Assembly: GCA_963928595.1 (NCBI GenBank)
Contig: CAWVFK010000043.1
Coordinates: 1,995 to 65,994 of the forward strand
Source: Candidatus Coprosoma sp.
GTDB lineage: Bacteria > Bacillota_I > Bacilli_A > RF39 > UBA660
Reading direction: 5' to 3'
DNA: 64,000 bases
The notes under the pieces were generated by a model that worked only from the letters and a program-made list of their open reading frames with translations, had not been told where the DNA came from and did not search any database. This document shows, piece after piece, positions 41,472 through 50,484 of this stretch; position 1 is the first letter of the stretch; each line of letters opens with the position of its first letter. The translations under genes and the position numbers were made by a program.

Positions 41472-41975
41472 GTGGAAGTAGCAGTTGTTTATGATTCAAT
41501 TACAGGAAATACGAAGGCTTTGGTTGATGTTATTTGTGAGGAATGTAAGAATGTGAAAATTTACAAGGAATATAATGAGGATATTTTAAAGGCAGATTTA
41601 ATTTTTATTGGTTCTTGGACTGATAAAGGAAGTCCTAGTGATAAAATAAAGTTAGTTTATCAAAATATTTACAACAAAAAGATTTTTGTGTTTGGTACAT
41701 GTGGTTTTGGTGGAGATGAAAAATATTATAAATTACTTTTTGAAAATGTATGCAAGTATATAAATGCAGATAACGATGTTTTAGATTATTATTTTTGCCC
41801 TGGTAAATTGTCTAGTAACATTAAAGAAAAATATGAAAAGTTGTTACAGCATAATCCTAGTGATCAAAGGCTAAAGAAAATGATAGAGAATTTTAATAAT
41901 GTTTTAGATAGACCTAATAAGGAAGATTTAAATCAATTTAGGATAAAAGTAAGGAATGTTATAAATGAAGGTTAG
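41472..41975 (+). CDS. Flavodoxin-like protein
   Basis: 167 aa with GTG start. The N-terminal VVYDSITGNTK FMN phosphate-binding loop is followed by G.W.D and FGTCG blocks. Confidence 0.65.
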   Translation: MEVAVVYDSITGNTKALVDVICEECKNVKIYKEYNEDILKADLIFIGSWTDKGSPSDKIKLVYQNIYNKKIFVFGTCGFGGDEKYYKLLFENVCKYINADNDVLDYYFCPGKLSSNIKEKYEKLLQHNPSDQRLKKMIENFNNVLDRPNKEDLNQFRIKVRNVINEG

Positions 41976-42456
41976 TCATGAATTTGGTCCATATATTAAT
42001 AAAGATAGTAAAGTGCTTATCTTAGGTTCTATTCCGTCTGTTAAGTCAAGAGAGTTAGGCTTTTACTATATGCATCCACAAAATAGGTTTTGGAAATTAA
42101 TGAGTGATTTATTAAACGAAAAATTTCCTAGTACATTAGATGAAAAAAAGAATTTTTTGAAGCAAAACAAAATAGCTTTATGGGATGTGCTCGATTCTTG
42201 TGAGATGAAAGGTTCTAGTGACAGTTCGATTAAGAATCCTAAAGTCAACGATATTAAAAGGTTGATAGAGGGTACAGATGTGAAATATATTTTTGTAACT
42301 GGTAAAAAAGCACTGGAATTATACAATAAATATTGTTATAACGAGGTATTAATTGATGCAATTTATTTACCTTCGACTAGTGGGGCTAATTGTGCTTTTG
42401 GTTATGATACTTTAAAGGAAAAATATGAAATTCTCGTAAAATATATGAAAAAGTAA
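41965..42456 (+). CDS. DNA-deoxyinosine (hypoxanthine) glycosylase, UDG superfamily
   Basis: VLILGSIPSVKS......YYMHPQNRFW signature of the hypoxanthine-DNA glycosylase family. Overlaps the flavodoxin gene by 11 nt. Confidence 0.7.
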   Translation: MKVSHEFGPYINKDSKVLILGSIPSVKSRELGFYYMHPQNRFWKLMSDLLNEKFPSTLDEKKNFLKQNKIALWDVLDSCEMKGSSDSSIKNPKVNDIKRLIEGTDVKYIFVTGKKALELYNKYCYNEVLIDAIYLPSTSGANCAFGYDTLKEKYEILVKYMKK

Positions 42457-42520
42457 TATTTTTCTTTTTTTTTATGAAAAAATAGGTTATAATTATATTA
42501 TAGGGAAGGGGCGGTTATAA

Positions 42521-44128
42521 ATGATTTTAAGAAAACCTTATGCGTTTTTCATAAAGTATTTTAAGCTTTTTCATGCTATAATTGCAGTTTTGGTGGCCTT
42601 TTTGTTATACCGTTCTTTTACAGTTTACAATTTCTTTAAAGCTTATGTAGTTAATTACAGTTCAGCTTTAAATGAATTATCGCCAAGTACTCTTATGAAT
42701 ATGTATAGTCTTATAATGGTTTTAGGAATAATCATTTTGATAATTGTTTTATTGTCGGTAATGATTTATAAAAAGAAACCTAAAGCATTATATATATTTA
42801 GTTTAATTGTTTATATTGGTGTTATTGTTTTGTATGGGATTACTTATCCAATATTAAGAGATATTAGTGTTTCTATTTTGGATATTCGAGTTTCTAGTGC
42901 TTTACGTGATTTCTTTATGATTGCGGTAGCTTTACAATTTGTTACTTTGGTTTGGTATATTGTTAGGGCGACAGGGTTTGATATTAAACAATTTGATTTT
43001 GGAACTGATTTACAAAAGTTAGATATTAATGAGAAAGATAGTGAAGAGATCGAAGTTGCTTTGGAATTTGATCAGAATAAAGTACATAGACAAATTAGAT
43101 ATAAGATTAGACAGCTTAAGTATGTGTATGGTGAAAATAAATTTATAATTAATACTGTTGGGATTATATTGGCGGTTATATTAGTATTTACAATTTATTT
43201 AAATATAGGAGTTTATACTGCTTCATACGATCAGGGATCTTCTTTTTCAGCTAGTGGAGTGGTGATGAATGTCAGAGATACTTATTTGACACAAACAGAT
43301 CCTTTTGGCAAATCTTTGACTAATGATATGATTGTTGTTGTAAAGTTGGATATAAAAAGCAATGGCGGTGTAAATACAACGTTAAATACTGGTCTTACAA
43401 CTCTTAGAGTTGACAATCAATCTTATAGTCAAGATGTAAATTATGCGAAAGAGTTATATGATTTGGGAACCGCATATACTAGTCAACAATTGGGTGATGA
43501 ATTTAAAAGTTATATTTTGACCTTCATTGTTCCTAAAGATGATGCGAAAAAGAAAATGGTCTTAAAGTTTAACGATAATGTTAGTTATGTCAAGGGTGAG
43601 ATTGGAGCTAAAAGTATTATGGTTACTTTGAAACCAACCGATTTAACTCAAAAACAAGATGAACATTCAGTTAAGCTTGGAGAAGAAGAAAATTTTGAAG
43701 ATAGCGTTTTAGGAAGTTCGGTTTTCAAAATAAATAGTTATGAAATAAACGACAAGTTTAAATTAAACTATAAATATTGCTACGGAACTGATAAATGCAT
43801 TGACTCAAGTGAGTATTTAACATCAACAGCAACTGGTAATTATTTTAAGACTTTAATGAAAGTTGATGCTGATTTTAGTGTTGATAGTAATGTTAATAGT
43901 ACTCAAATCACTTCATTTAATGATTTTTTAAACACATTTGCGACAATCAATTATAAAATTGGTAGTGGATGGATATCTAAGAGAATTAGTACTCAAAGTA
44001 TAAAACCAAAGGTTAGTAATGATTTTTCATATTATTATATTGAGGTTCCGAGTGATGTGAAGAATGCTAGTGAAATATATTTAACATTTAATATTCGTAA
44101 TCAAGTTTATAATTATGCTTTAAAATGA
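42521..44128 (+). CDS. Hypothetical polytopic membrane protein with large C-terminal extracytoplasmic domain
   Basis: 535 aa. About 4 TM segments lie in the first 150 aa, a further TM near residue 215, then a ~300-aa hydrophilic domain. No motif recognised. Confidence 0.6.
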   Translation: MILRKPYAFFIKYFKLFHAIIAVLVAFLLYRSFTVYNFFKAYVVNYSSALNELSPSTLMNMYSLIMVLGIIILIIVLLSVMIYKKKPKALYIFSLIVYIGVIVLYGITYPILRDISVSILDIRVSSALRDFFMIAVALQFVTLVWYIVRATGFDIKQFDFGTDLQKLDINEKDSEEIEVALEFDQNKVHRQIRYKIRQLKYVYGENKFIINTVGIILAVILVFTIYLNIGVYTASYDQGSSFSASGVVMNVRDTYLTQTDPFGKSLTNDMIVVVKLDIKSNGGVNTTLNTGLTTLRVDNQSYSQDVNYAKELYDLGTAYTSQQLGDEFKSYILTFIVPKDDAKKKMVLKFNDNVSYVKGEIGAKSIMVTLKPTDLTQKQDEHSVKLGEEENFEDSVLGSSVFKINSYEINDKFKLNYKYCYGTDKCIDSSEYLTSTATGNYFKTLMKVDADFSVDSNVNSTQITSFNDFLNTFATINYKIGSGWISKRISTQSIKPKVSNDFSYYYIEVPSDVKNASEIYLTFNIRNQVYNYALK

Positions 44129-44138
44129 TAAAAGATTA

Positions 44139-44147
44139 TGCTATAAT
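44139..44147 (+). promoter_or_regulatory. Extended -10 promoter element ahead of the pilus operon
   Basis: TGCTATAAT (TGn + TATAAT), 18 nt upstream of the 44165 ATG. RBS AAGGAGAGG at 44149-44157. Confidence 0.45.
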
Positions 44148-44164
44148 AAAGGAGAGGATACGCT

Positions 44165-44806
44165 ATGAGGTTTAAACGAATTAAATATTTACTTTTTACT
44201 TTAATATGCATGTGCGTTACTCCTTTAATAACACATGCAGAATGTGATTATCAAAGGCAGGCAGAATTGTCTCGATTAGCTAGTAATGTTCAATTCAGTT
44301 ATAATTATCAGGTTGTTGATTATTATCCGCAATTTATGATTACCGCTACAAATTTGACGGACGATATTTATATGGTGGATAATTATGGTACTATGTTTTC
44401 TGGCAAATCAGAATTTACTGCTTCATATAAAGCGGGGAATACAATAACTTATACTTTTTACTCTAATGATGCTAATTGCCGTGGCGAAGAAATAAGTAAG
44501 CGTTATGTAAATCTGCCAGAATTTAATCCTCGTTATAATTCTGATGAATGTAAATTATATCCAAATTTTTCACTTTGTCAAATGTGGACTGATACATCTT
44601 TTTCAGCTGAACAATTTGAAAGTAGGTTGGAAGAATATAAGCAAGAAAGAAGTAAAAAATACGTAGTTAATGAAGAAGGAAATTCTATTTGGAATGTTAT
44701 TTTAACCTTTTTGTCTAATAATATTTTAGGATTTGTGATGGTTGGAATTGTAATTTTAATCCTTATTGGAATGTTTGTTTATAATAAATTGAAATATAGA
44801 AGGTGA
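44165..44806 (+). CDS. Secreted Cys-containing protein with C-terminal membrane anchor, first gene of the pilus operon
   Basis: 213 aa. Signal peptide ends ...PLITHA/ECDYQ. The ectodomain has 4 Cys. C-terminal TM GFVMVGIVILILIGMFVY is followed by KLKYRR. Confidence 0.6.
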   Translation: MRFKRIKYLLFTLICMCVTPLITHAECDYQRQAELSRLASNVQFSYNYQVVDYYPQFMITATNLTDDIYMVDNYGTMFSGKSEFTASYKAGNTITYTFYSNDANCRGEEISKRYVNLPEFNPRYNSDECKLYPNFSLCQMWTDTSFSAEQFESRLEEYKQERSKKYVVNEEGNSIWNVILTFLSNNILGFVMVGIVILILIGMFVYNKLKYRR

Positions 44807-44810
44807 TTGT

Positions 44811-47624
44811 ATGAAAATATTTAAATACTTATTTACAACGGTAATGATATTTTGTATATATTTAACTTCAGTATATGCGGATGTTACTATTGGTGCTGGA
44901 CCGGGAGGTGGATATAATGCGAGTGGCAATTGGACAAGATACCACAATAACCCGTTTGGAACATCAAGGCAATATCGTGGTTATAAAATTCGTTTGATTT
45001 ACTATGATGGTTCTGATCCGAGTGGAGTGCGTGGAGAAAGCGCGTGGCAGGAGATAACGAGTTTTGATGTTGTTATAAGTGATTTGAATGTGGCTGGTAC
45101 TAACTACACTAATTTAGTGCGTTTACATGGACAAAATAATACGAAACTTGGTTTAATCGACAACAATGCAAAACCTAATTTATATTGGCTTGGTCAGCAA
45201 GTGGCAAATGTTGAAAATGGAACGACTAATGAGGAACGTATAAAAAGTGAAATTGAAGCTAATGATTCTGCTCGTTTACGAGCTATTATTAGAGAACTTG
45301 GTGTCGACGAATCTACGATGACCAAAGAGAGCGTCGAAGAGATGGGATGGAATCATAAAGGATATCGTTTTATTGCCGAGAAATTAATAATAATGACTGA
45401 TGTCGGATGGTTTTTTGCGAATTCAAGAAAAGAATTAGCACAAGTAATTCCTAATGACAGATCTAGTAATGTAACGAGTTTTTATGAAGGACTTTGGGAA
45501 CTTAGAACATTAGCAAATGGTTCGGGAGTGTTTCCTGGGGATATTAGAACGACTAAAGATGATATTAATGTAAGATATAATGGAGCTAATTGGAATTATA
45601 ACAATTTTAGAAATTATAATAGTGGTATTGGACTTGGTATTATAAGTATTGGTCATAATCCATATGCAGAAAAAGATTATACTATTGATGCAGCTTGTGT
45701 TAACTGTAATTCTGATGATGATGAAAATAAAGCATATATTATTCAGGATACAAATGACTGGGATGCTATTATGTCTAGTAGGCAATCTAGTAATAAAAAT
45801 GTCACTAGCTATTATAATAAAGGTAATGGAGTATATTGCCGAGAAGAATATTGGGTTTATTTACCTAATGTAAATAATACGATTTATGTAGATCCTGGAA
45901 GATATTTTACACTTAATCCTTCGGCAGCAGATTTAAGTGCAATGGATTCTTCTTCGGCAATTCCTAATTTTAAACCAATAAAGGTTACGAAGAAACGGGA
46001 GTGTCGAGTTAATACGGAAGAAAATGGTTCAAACGCATCTACGGTACTAGATACATTTAGAAGAAATTCTGAATATGATTTTAAAGGTAAAACTGGTACT
46101 GTAAAATTTAAATATAATGAGGTTTATGATGAAAGTCGTTATAACATGAAGGAACCAGAAAAATTAAGTGTTTATGATGAGCCTAATAATTATAATTATT
46201 CAATAAATGGTAATTCACTTACTATGGAAGTAACTCGTTATTATACTTTACCAGATAATTATTATCAGTATATTAGGAAACAAGATGGACTTTCTATGAA
46301 GACAAAACCTTCTTCTAATATAAATCATTATTTAAATGTTGGTATTCCTAATTTGCCGTTATCATTTAATAATAAGGGTGGTTCAACAAATGGAGAAGTT
46401 TCTAAAGCAGCTGATATTCAATTTTCATTTGAACTTCCCGGTAAAAATAATGATACAGATCAATATTCTAAATTGTATCTTGCTTATATACAAAATAATT
46501 CTTATTTAGCAACTGATAATGAAAGTGGTAATATTTATAATAGATATTTAACTGGACAAATGGAAGCTGGAGATCAAGATTTATTAAATAAAAGTGCTTG
46601 TGCAAAAATGTTTGGTGTAAATACTTCTGGTTTTTCTACTTGTGTTAGTCAAAGAAAAAATAATGCAATTGGGGAAGGATCAAATAGTTGTATTACTAAA
46701 AATAATATATCATCTTCTAGTACTACTTCTGGTTATTCTTGCATGGTACTAACTTCAGAACCGGATGATCCTAATGATCCTCCTGGCACGCCAGGGAAAT
46801 GTAAAACAGAAGAAGATGCAAAAAGATTAGGACGTGATTGGAATCCATATAGTCAAAGTTGTTGCCCGGTTGGAACAACTTACAATCCATCACTCGGAAA
46901 ATGTGAGCCGGATGATGACACTAATACTTGTCATATTAAAAATGGCAAATATTATGATTTTGATGGTAAGGAAATAACTAAGGAAGAATACGATAGAATT
47001 TGTCCTGATCCAGGTGATGGTGATACTTGTCGAATCGAGAATGGTAAATATTATGATTTTAATGGTAATGAGATAACCAAAGAGGAATTTGATAAAATTT
47101 GCCCTGGCTATGTTCCACCGGTTTGTCCAGAAGATGAATGTCCGTATGGTTGCTGTCCAAGTGGTGAATGTGCACCAATGCCTGATGGAACTTGTCCAGG
47201 AACTGGTGGTATAGATGTTATTTATAGAACAATTGATTTGGAAAATCCATTTCCTGGTCAAAATGCTGAACAAAGAAATACTGGGGCTAACTGGTGTAGC
47301 TATAATATAAAAACTCAACAAATTGATTGTAAGTATAATAATCAAACTGTTAAAAATTATGTAACTAGAGAAAGAGGCGGTACGACTAATGGTGGTAAAG
47401 TTTATCGCGAGAATCACGTTTTATATGAAGTAACATTAGATACTAAGACAATTAATGCAATTAGAGCTTATAATAATAAGAATAAGTATGATGATTGGGA
47501 TTTAAATTGCTTGGATAATGGAAAAGCATGTATTAGTGATTTCTTGAGAAGTCAAGTCGATACTACTGGTGAATGTGCAAATGCAAGTAAGTCAACTTTT
47601 TATACTTGTGATGAAGATGTTTAG
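44811..47624 (+). CDS. Large secreted Cys-rich protein (candidate adhesin or pilus-associated)
   Basis: 937 aa with signal-peptide-like N-terminus (MKIFKYLFTTVMIFCIYLTSVYA/DV). Contains a 33-aa tandem repeat and a Cys/Pro-rich region (CPEDECPYGCCPSGECAPMPDGTCPG). Lies 4 nt after the previous gene. Confidence 0.65.
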   Translation: MKIFKYLFTTVMIFCIYLTSVYADVTIGAGPGGGYNASGNWTRYHNNPFGTSRQYRGYKIRLIYYDGSDPSGVRGESAWQEITSFDVVISDLNVAGTNYTNLVRLHGQNNTKLGLIDNNAKPNLYWLGQQVANVENGTTNEERIKSEIEANDSARLRAIIRELGVDESTMTKESVEEMGWNHKGYRFIAEKLIIMTDVGWFFANSRKELAQVIPNDRSSNVTSFYEGLWELRTLANGSGVFPGDIRTTKDDINVRYNGANWNYNNFRNYNSGIGLGIISIGHNPYAEKDYTIDAACVNCNSDDDENKAYIIQDTNDWDAIMSSRQSSNKNVTSYYNKGNGVYCREEYWVYLPNVNNTIYVDPGRYFTLNPSAADLSAMDSSSAIPNFKPIKVTKKRECRVNTEENGSNASTVLDTFRRNSEYDFKGKTGTVKFKYNEVYDESRYNMKEPEKLSVYDEPNNYNYSINGNSLTMEVTRYYTLPDNYYQYIRKQDGLSMKTKPSSNINHYLNVGIPNLPLSFNNKGGSTNGEVSKAADIQFSFELPGKNNDTDQYSKLYLAYIQNNSYLATDNESGNIYNRYLTGQMEAGDQDLLNKSACAKMFGVNTSGFSTCVSQRKNNAIGEGSNSCITKNNISSSSTTSGYSCMVLTSEPDDPNDPPGTPGKCKTEEDAKRLGRDWNPYSQSCCPVGTTYNPSLGKCEPDDDTNTCHIKNGKYYDFDGKEITKEEYDRICPDPGDGDTCRIENGKYYDFNGNEITKEEFDKICPGYVPPVCPEDECPYGCCPSGECAPMPDGTCPGTGGIDVIYRTIDLENPFPGQNAEQRNTGANWCSYNIKTQQIDCKYNNQTVKNYVTRERGGTTNGGKVYRENHVLYEVTLDTKTINAIRAYNNKNKYDDWDLNCLDNGKACISDFLRSQVDTTGECANASKSTFYTCDEDV
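46926..47123 (+). repeat. Direct tandem repeat, 2 x 99 nt (33 aa), inside the 937-aa ORF
   Basis: Unit 1 begins ACTTGTCATATTAAAAATGGCAAATATTATGATTTTGATGG at 46926. Unit 2 begins ACTTGTCGAATCGAGAATGGTAAATATTATGATTTTAATGG at 47025. The peptide units are TCHIKNGKYYDFDGKEITKEEYDRICP and TCRIENGKYYDFNGNEITKEEFDKICP. Confidence 0.85.
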
Positions 47625-47637
47625 GAGGAGATAAAAC

Positions 47638-48039
47638 ATGAAAGAGTCTTTTTGGGGTATATTTGTTGTGTTTCTTGGTGTTTTATCAATATTCTTTATT
47701 GTTTTATTTCAAAATTTGACTAATACTGACGAGCACAATTCACAATTATTAAAAGAAGTTACGGAAGCGTCAATGTGGGATGCGTTTGATTACGCATCTT
47801 ACAGAACTACTGGTGAAATTCGAATAGATAGAGAAAAATTTGTTGAAAATTTTATTAGAAGATATGCAGAAAGTGCTAGTAGATCAAGACAATACACAAT
47901 TAAATTTTACGATATTAACGAGAAACCACCAAAAGTAAGCTTGAGTGTACAAAGCGGTGTGGTAGGCGTTGGAGGCAATACCGAGATGACATTTGATTTG
48001 CAAAATAGAATAGATGCAATTTTGGAAGTGCCTTATTAG
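47638..48039 (+). CDS. Pilin-like/pseudopilin candidate (N-terminal MKES..G + hydrophobic helix)
   Basis: 133 aa starting MKESFWG-IFVVFLGVLSIFFIVLF. It shares the M-K/R-E-S/A...G leader pattern with ORFs at 52244, 52527 and 53021. Confidence 0.5.
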   Translation: MKESFWGIFVVFLGVLSIFFIVLFQNLTNTDEHNSQLLKEVTEASMWDAFDYASYRTTGEIRIDREKFVENFIRRYAESASRSRQYTIKFYDINEKPPKVSLSVQSGVVGVGGNTEMTFDLQNRIDAILEVPY

Positions 48040-48068
48040 AAAAATAAAAGAAAAGAGAGGATGAGATT

Positions 48069-49115
48069 ATGAATAATTTGGTGGCGTCAGCCAAAAAGTT
48101 TTTTAAGAACAAAAACGTGGTAACAATTATCGGAGTTGTTGTGATTCTAATCTTGCTATATGTTGGTTATAGTACACAGATCAACAATGCAGTTGAACCA
48201 GTACAAGTCCCTGTTGCTACACAAACAATTCAACCAAGAACTGAGATTACTGATGATATGGTGCAAATGGTAGATATGCCAAATGTTTCAATCAGTGATA
48301 ACGTAATTAGATCAAAATCACAAATAGTGGGTAAATATTCAAATGTTAACTCAGTAATTCCTGAAGGAAGTATGTTTTATACTGATACAGTAATTAATGG
48401 TGATGAACTTCCTGATGCGGCTTTCGCTAAGGTTAAATCTGGAGAAGTTGTTTATAATTTTCCTGTTGATATGGAAAGTACTTATGGTAATTCTATTTTC
48501 CCAGGTAATATGATTGATATCTATATGAAAGTTGGAGATGGAACAGACGAAAGAATTATGTTAGGAAAACTAATTGAAAATGTCGAAGTATTAGCTGTTA
48601 AGGATTCTTCTGGTAGAGCTGTATTTGAAGATACTAGTGAAGAAAGAACTCCTTCTATGTTAATCTTTGGTTTAAACAGTAATTTATATACAATCTTGAA
48701 AAAAGCTTCATATATGGAAAGTTTAGGTGTTGAATTATATCCAGTACCACATGGTGGTGAAGTTGATCAAGAAGGTGCAACTCAAGTATCTACACAACAA
48801 TTAGTTGATTATATTGATGCACACTCTGTAAATATTCCAATTCCTGAAGATACTGCTGATCAAGATGAATTAGTACCAACAGTTAAAGAAACTGGTGGAA
48901 ATCCTAATACAGTTACTATAACATTCCCTAGTGGTTGTGATGGAACTTACACTTGTACATATGTTAAAGATGGTGGTAGATCTCAAGTTGTAAAAGGAAC
49001 TACTCAAGAACTTGTTTATACTGGTAATGGAACACTTACAGCAACTGTTCAAGAGAAAGATGGAACAGCACATACGACGACAGTTGATATTCCATTAACT
49101 AATTCAACCGAATAG
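48069..49115 (+). CDS. cpaB: Flp pilus assembly protein CpaB-like (SAF + RcpC-like domains)
   Basis: N-terminal TM segment, then a SAF-like segment (VPVATQTIQPRTEITDDMVQMVDMP...IVGKY....IPEGSMF). An RcpC-like block follows (FPGNMIDIYM...VEVLAV) and a C-terminal T/G-rich beta domain with 2 Cys. Confidence 0.65.
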   Translation: MNNLVASAKKFFKNKNVVTIIGVVVILILLYVGYSTQINNAVEPVQVPVATQTIQPRTEITDDMVQMVDMPNVSISDNVIRSKSQIVGKYSNVNSVIPEGSMFYTDTVINGDELPDAAFAKVKSGEVVYNFPVDMESTYGNSIFPGNMIDIYMKVGDGTDERIMLGKLIENVEVLAVKDSSGRAVFEDTSEERTPSMLIFGLNSNLYTILKKASYMESLGVELYPVPHGGEVDQEGATQVSTQQLVDYIDAHSVNIPIPEDTADQDELVPTVKETGGNPNTVTITFPSGCDGTYTCTYVKDGGRSQVVKGTTQELVYTGNGTLTATVQEKDGTAHTTTVDIPLTNSTE

Positions 49116-49126
49116 GGGGAATTGAT

Positions 49127-50470
49127 ATGAATAATATGTTTGACCAAATAGATTTCGGTCCGATGAAACCTTATTTGGAAGATGATGATGTAACTGATAT
49201 TTCTTATGATAATGGTGGACAGATACATTTAAAAACATTATCTAAAGGAATATTTAGAATTGAAAATCCAGCTATTAATAATGCATTTATGGAAAAGCTA
49301 GCGTTTCAATGCTCTAATGTTATGGGTAAAACCTTTAACATGGCTCATCCATTTTTGGATGCTGAAAGTGCAGAGTTACGTTTAGCTTTCATCCATGACT
49401 CTGTTGCACAAAACGGCATTGCATGTGTGGTTCGTAAGACACCAGCTAAGATTCGTTTGCAAAAAGAGAAAATAGTTGCTGATAAATATGTTGAACTTGA
49501 TATTATTGATTTTTTAGAACAATGTGTTTTAGGACATTGTAATATGATAGTTAGTGGTGAAACTGGTTCTGGTAAAACAGAGTTAGTTAAATATTTGGCT
49601 TCAAAAATTGCTGAAAATGAGAAAGTTATTACAATTGAAGATACTTTGGAACTTCACTTGGATAAGATCTTTCCACATCGTGATATTGTTTCTTTAAAAA
49701 CAAATAATATTGCATCTTATACTGATATTTTGGAAGCTTGTATGAGACAGAACCCTAAGTGGATATTGCTTTCTGAGGTTCGTAGTGCAGAAGCTGTACT
49801 GGCAGTTCGTAATTCAATTTCATCTGGACACTATATTTTATCTACTATTCATGCTGATAAGGCAGTATCTATTCCAAATCGTATGTATAGTTTGCTTGAA
49901 ACAAATCAAGATTTGGATCAGTTTATGAGCTCAATTTGTAGATATATTCAGATTGGTATATATGTTAGAGGATATCAAGATAAAGCAACAAAACATTTTA
50001 AACGTGAGATTGCTGAGGTTACAGAATTTTATGTAACTAGTGATACCAATGAAGCCCGTCATAACATTATTTATCGAAAAGGTGCTGATGGAAAGGTTAT
50101 TAGAAATAATCCATCTCCTTATTTAATTGATTATTTGGAGGTTCAAGGAGTATTTTTACCAAAAGAACTTCAGAATATGGCTGGGGAGCCTTATACTGAA
50201 AATGATTCTATGAAAAGTAATGCACTGATTAAAGATGATAATAATGATCAATCACAGTCTGCTGCGATAATAGATAATAATTTGATGAATGACTTTACTC
50301 AAGAGAATGCTCAATCACAAACTGCAAATATTGCAGATGTTAGTTTGACTAATAATATTAATGTTAATAATCAAACTCCAACTAATCCTATGACAAATTT
50401 AAGTACTACTACGATAAGTCCTTCATCTGGAGTTACTACAGAAGATAAAACTGAGAATTTATTTGAATAA
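49127..50470 (+). CDS. tadA: Type II/IV secretion ATPase, TadA/CpaF (VirB11-related) family, with N/Q/T-rich C-terminal tail
   Basis: VTDISYDNGGQI, RLAFIH....NGIACVVRK, Walker A SGETGSGKTE, TIEDTLEL, Walker B-like KWILLSEVRSAEA, His box STIHA. The last ~90 aa are low complexity. Confidence 0.8.
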   Translation: MNNMFDQIDFGPMKPYLEDDDVTDISYDNGGQIHLKTLSKGIFRIENPAINNAFMEKLAFQCSNVMGKTFNMAHPFLDAESAELRLAFIHDSVAQNGIACVVRKTPAKIRLQKEKIVADKYVELDIIDFLEQCVLGHCNMIVSGETGSGKTELVKYLASKIAENEKVITIEDTLELHLDKIFPHRDIVSLKTNNIASYTDILEACMRQNPKWILLSEVRSAEAVLAVRNSISSGHYILSTIHADKAVSIPNRMYSLLETNQDLDQFMSSICRYIQIGIYVRGYQDKATKHFKREIAEVTEFYVTSDTNEARHNIIYRKGADGKVIRNNPSPYLIDYLEVQGVFLPKELQNMAGEPYTENDSMKSNALIKDDNNDQSQSAAIIDNNLMNDFTQENAQSQTANIADVSLTNNINVNNQTPTNPMTNLSTTTISPSSGVTTEDKTENLFE

Positions 50471-50484
50471 AGGAGGGGGATGCA

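Noticed and set aside
42521-44128. The 535-aa polytopic membrane protein as the missing prepilin peptidase.
   Set aside because: The membrane portion contains no paired-aspartate or GxGD-type A24 peptidase motif. The large C-terminal extracytoplasmic domain is unlike TadV/PilD. It also appears to be a separate transcription unit from the operon starting at 44165.
49127-50470. Calling the secretion ATPase a VirB11 of the adjacent T4SS rather than TadA/CpaF.
   Set aside because: The motifs alone cannot separate VirB11 from CpaF. However, the gene sits between a CpaB-like gene and two T2SF-like platform genes, in an operon separated from the VirB-like genes by a terminator and promoter. The TadA/CpaF reading is therefore preferred, and the ambiguity is noted in the findings.
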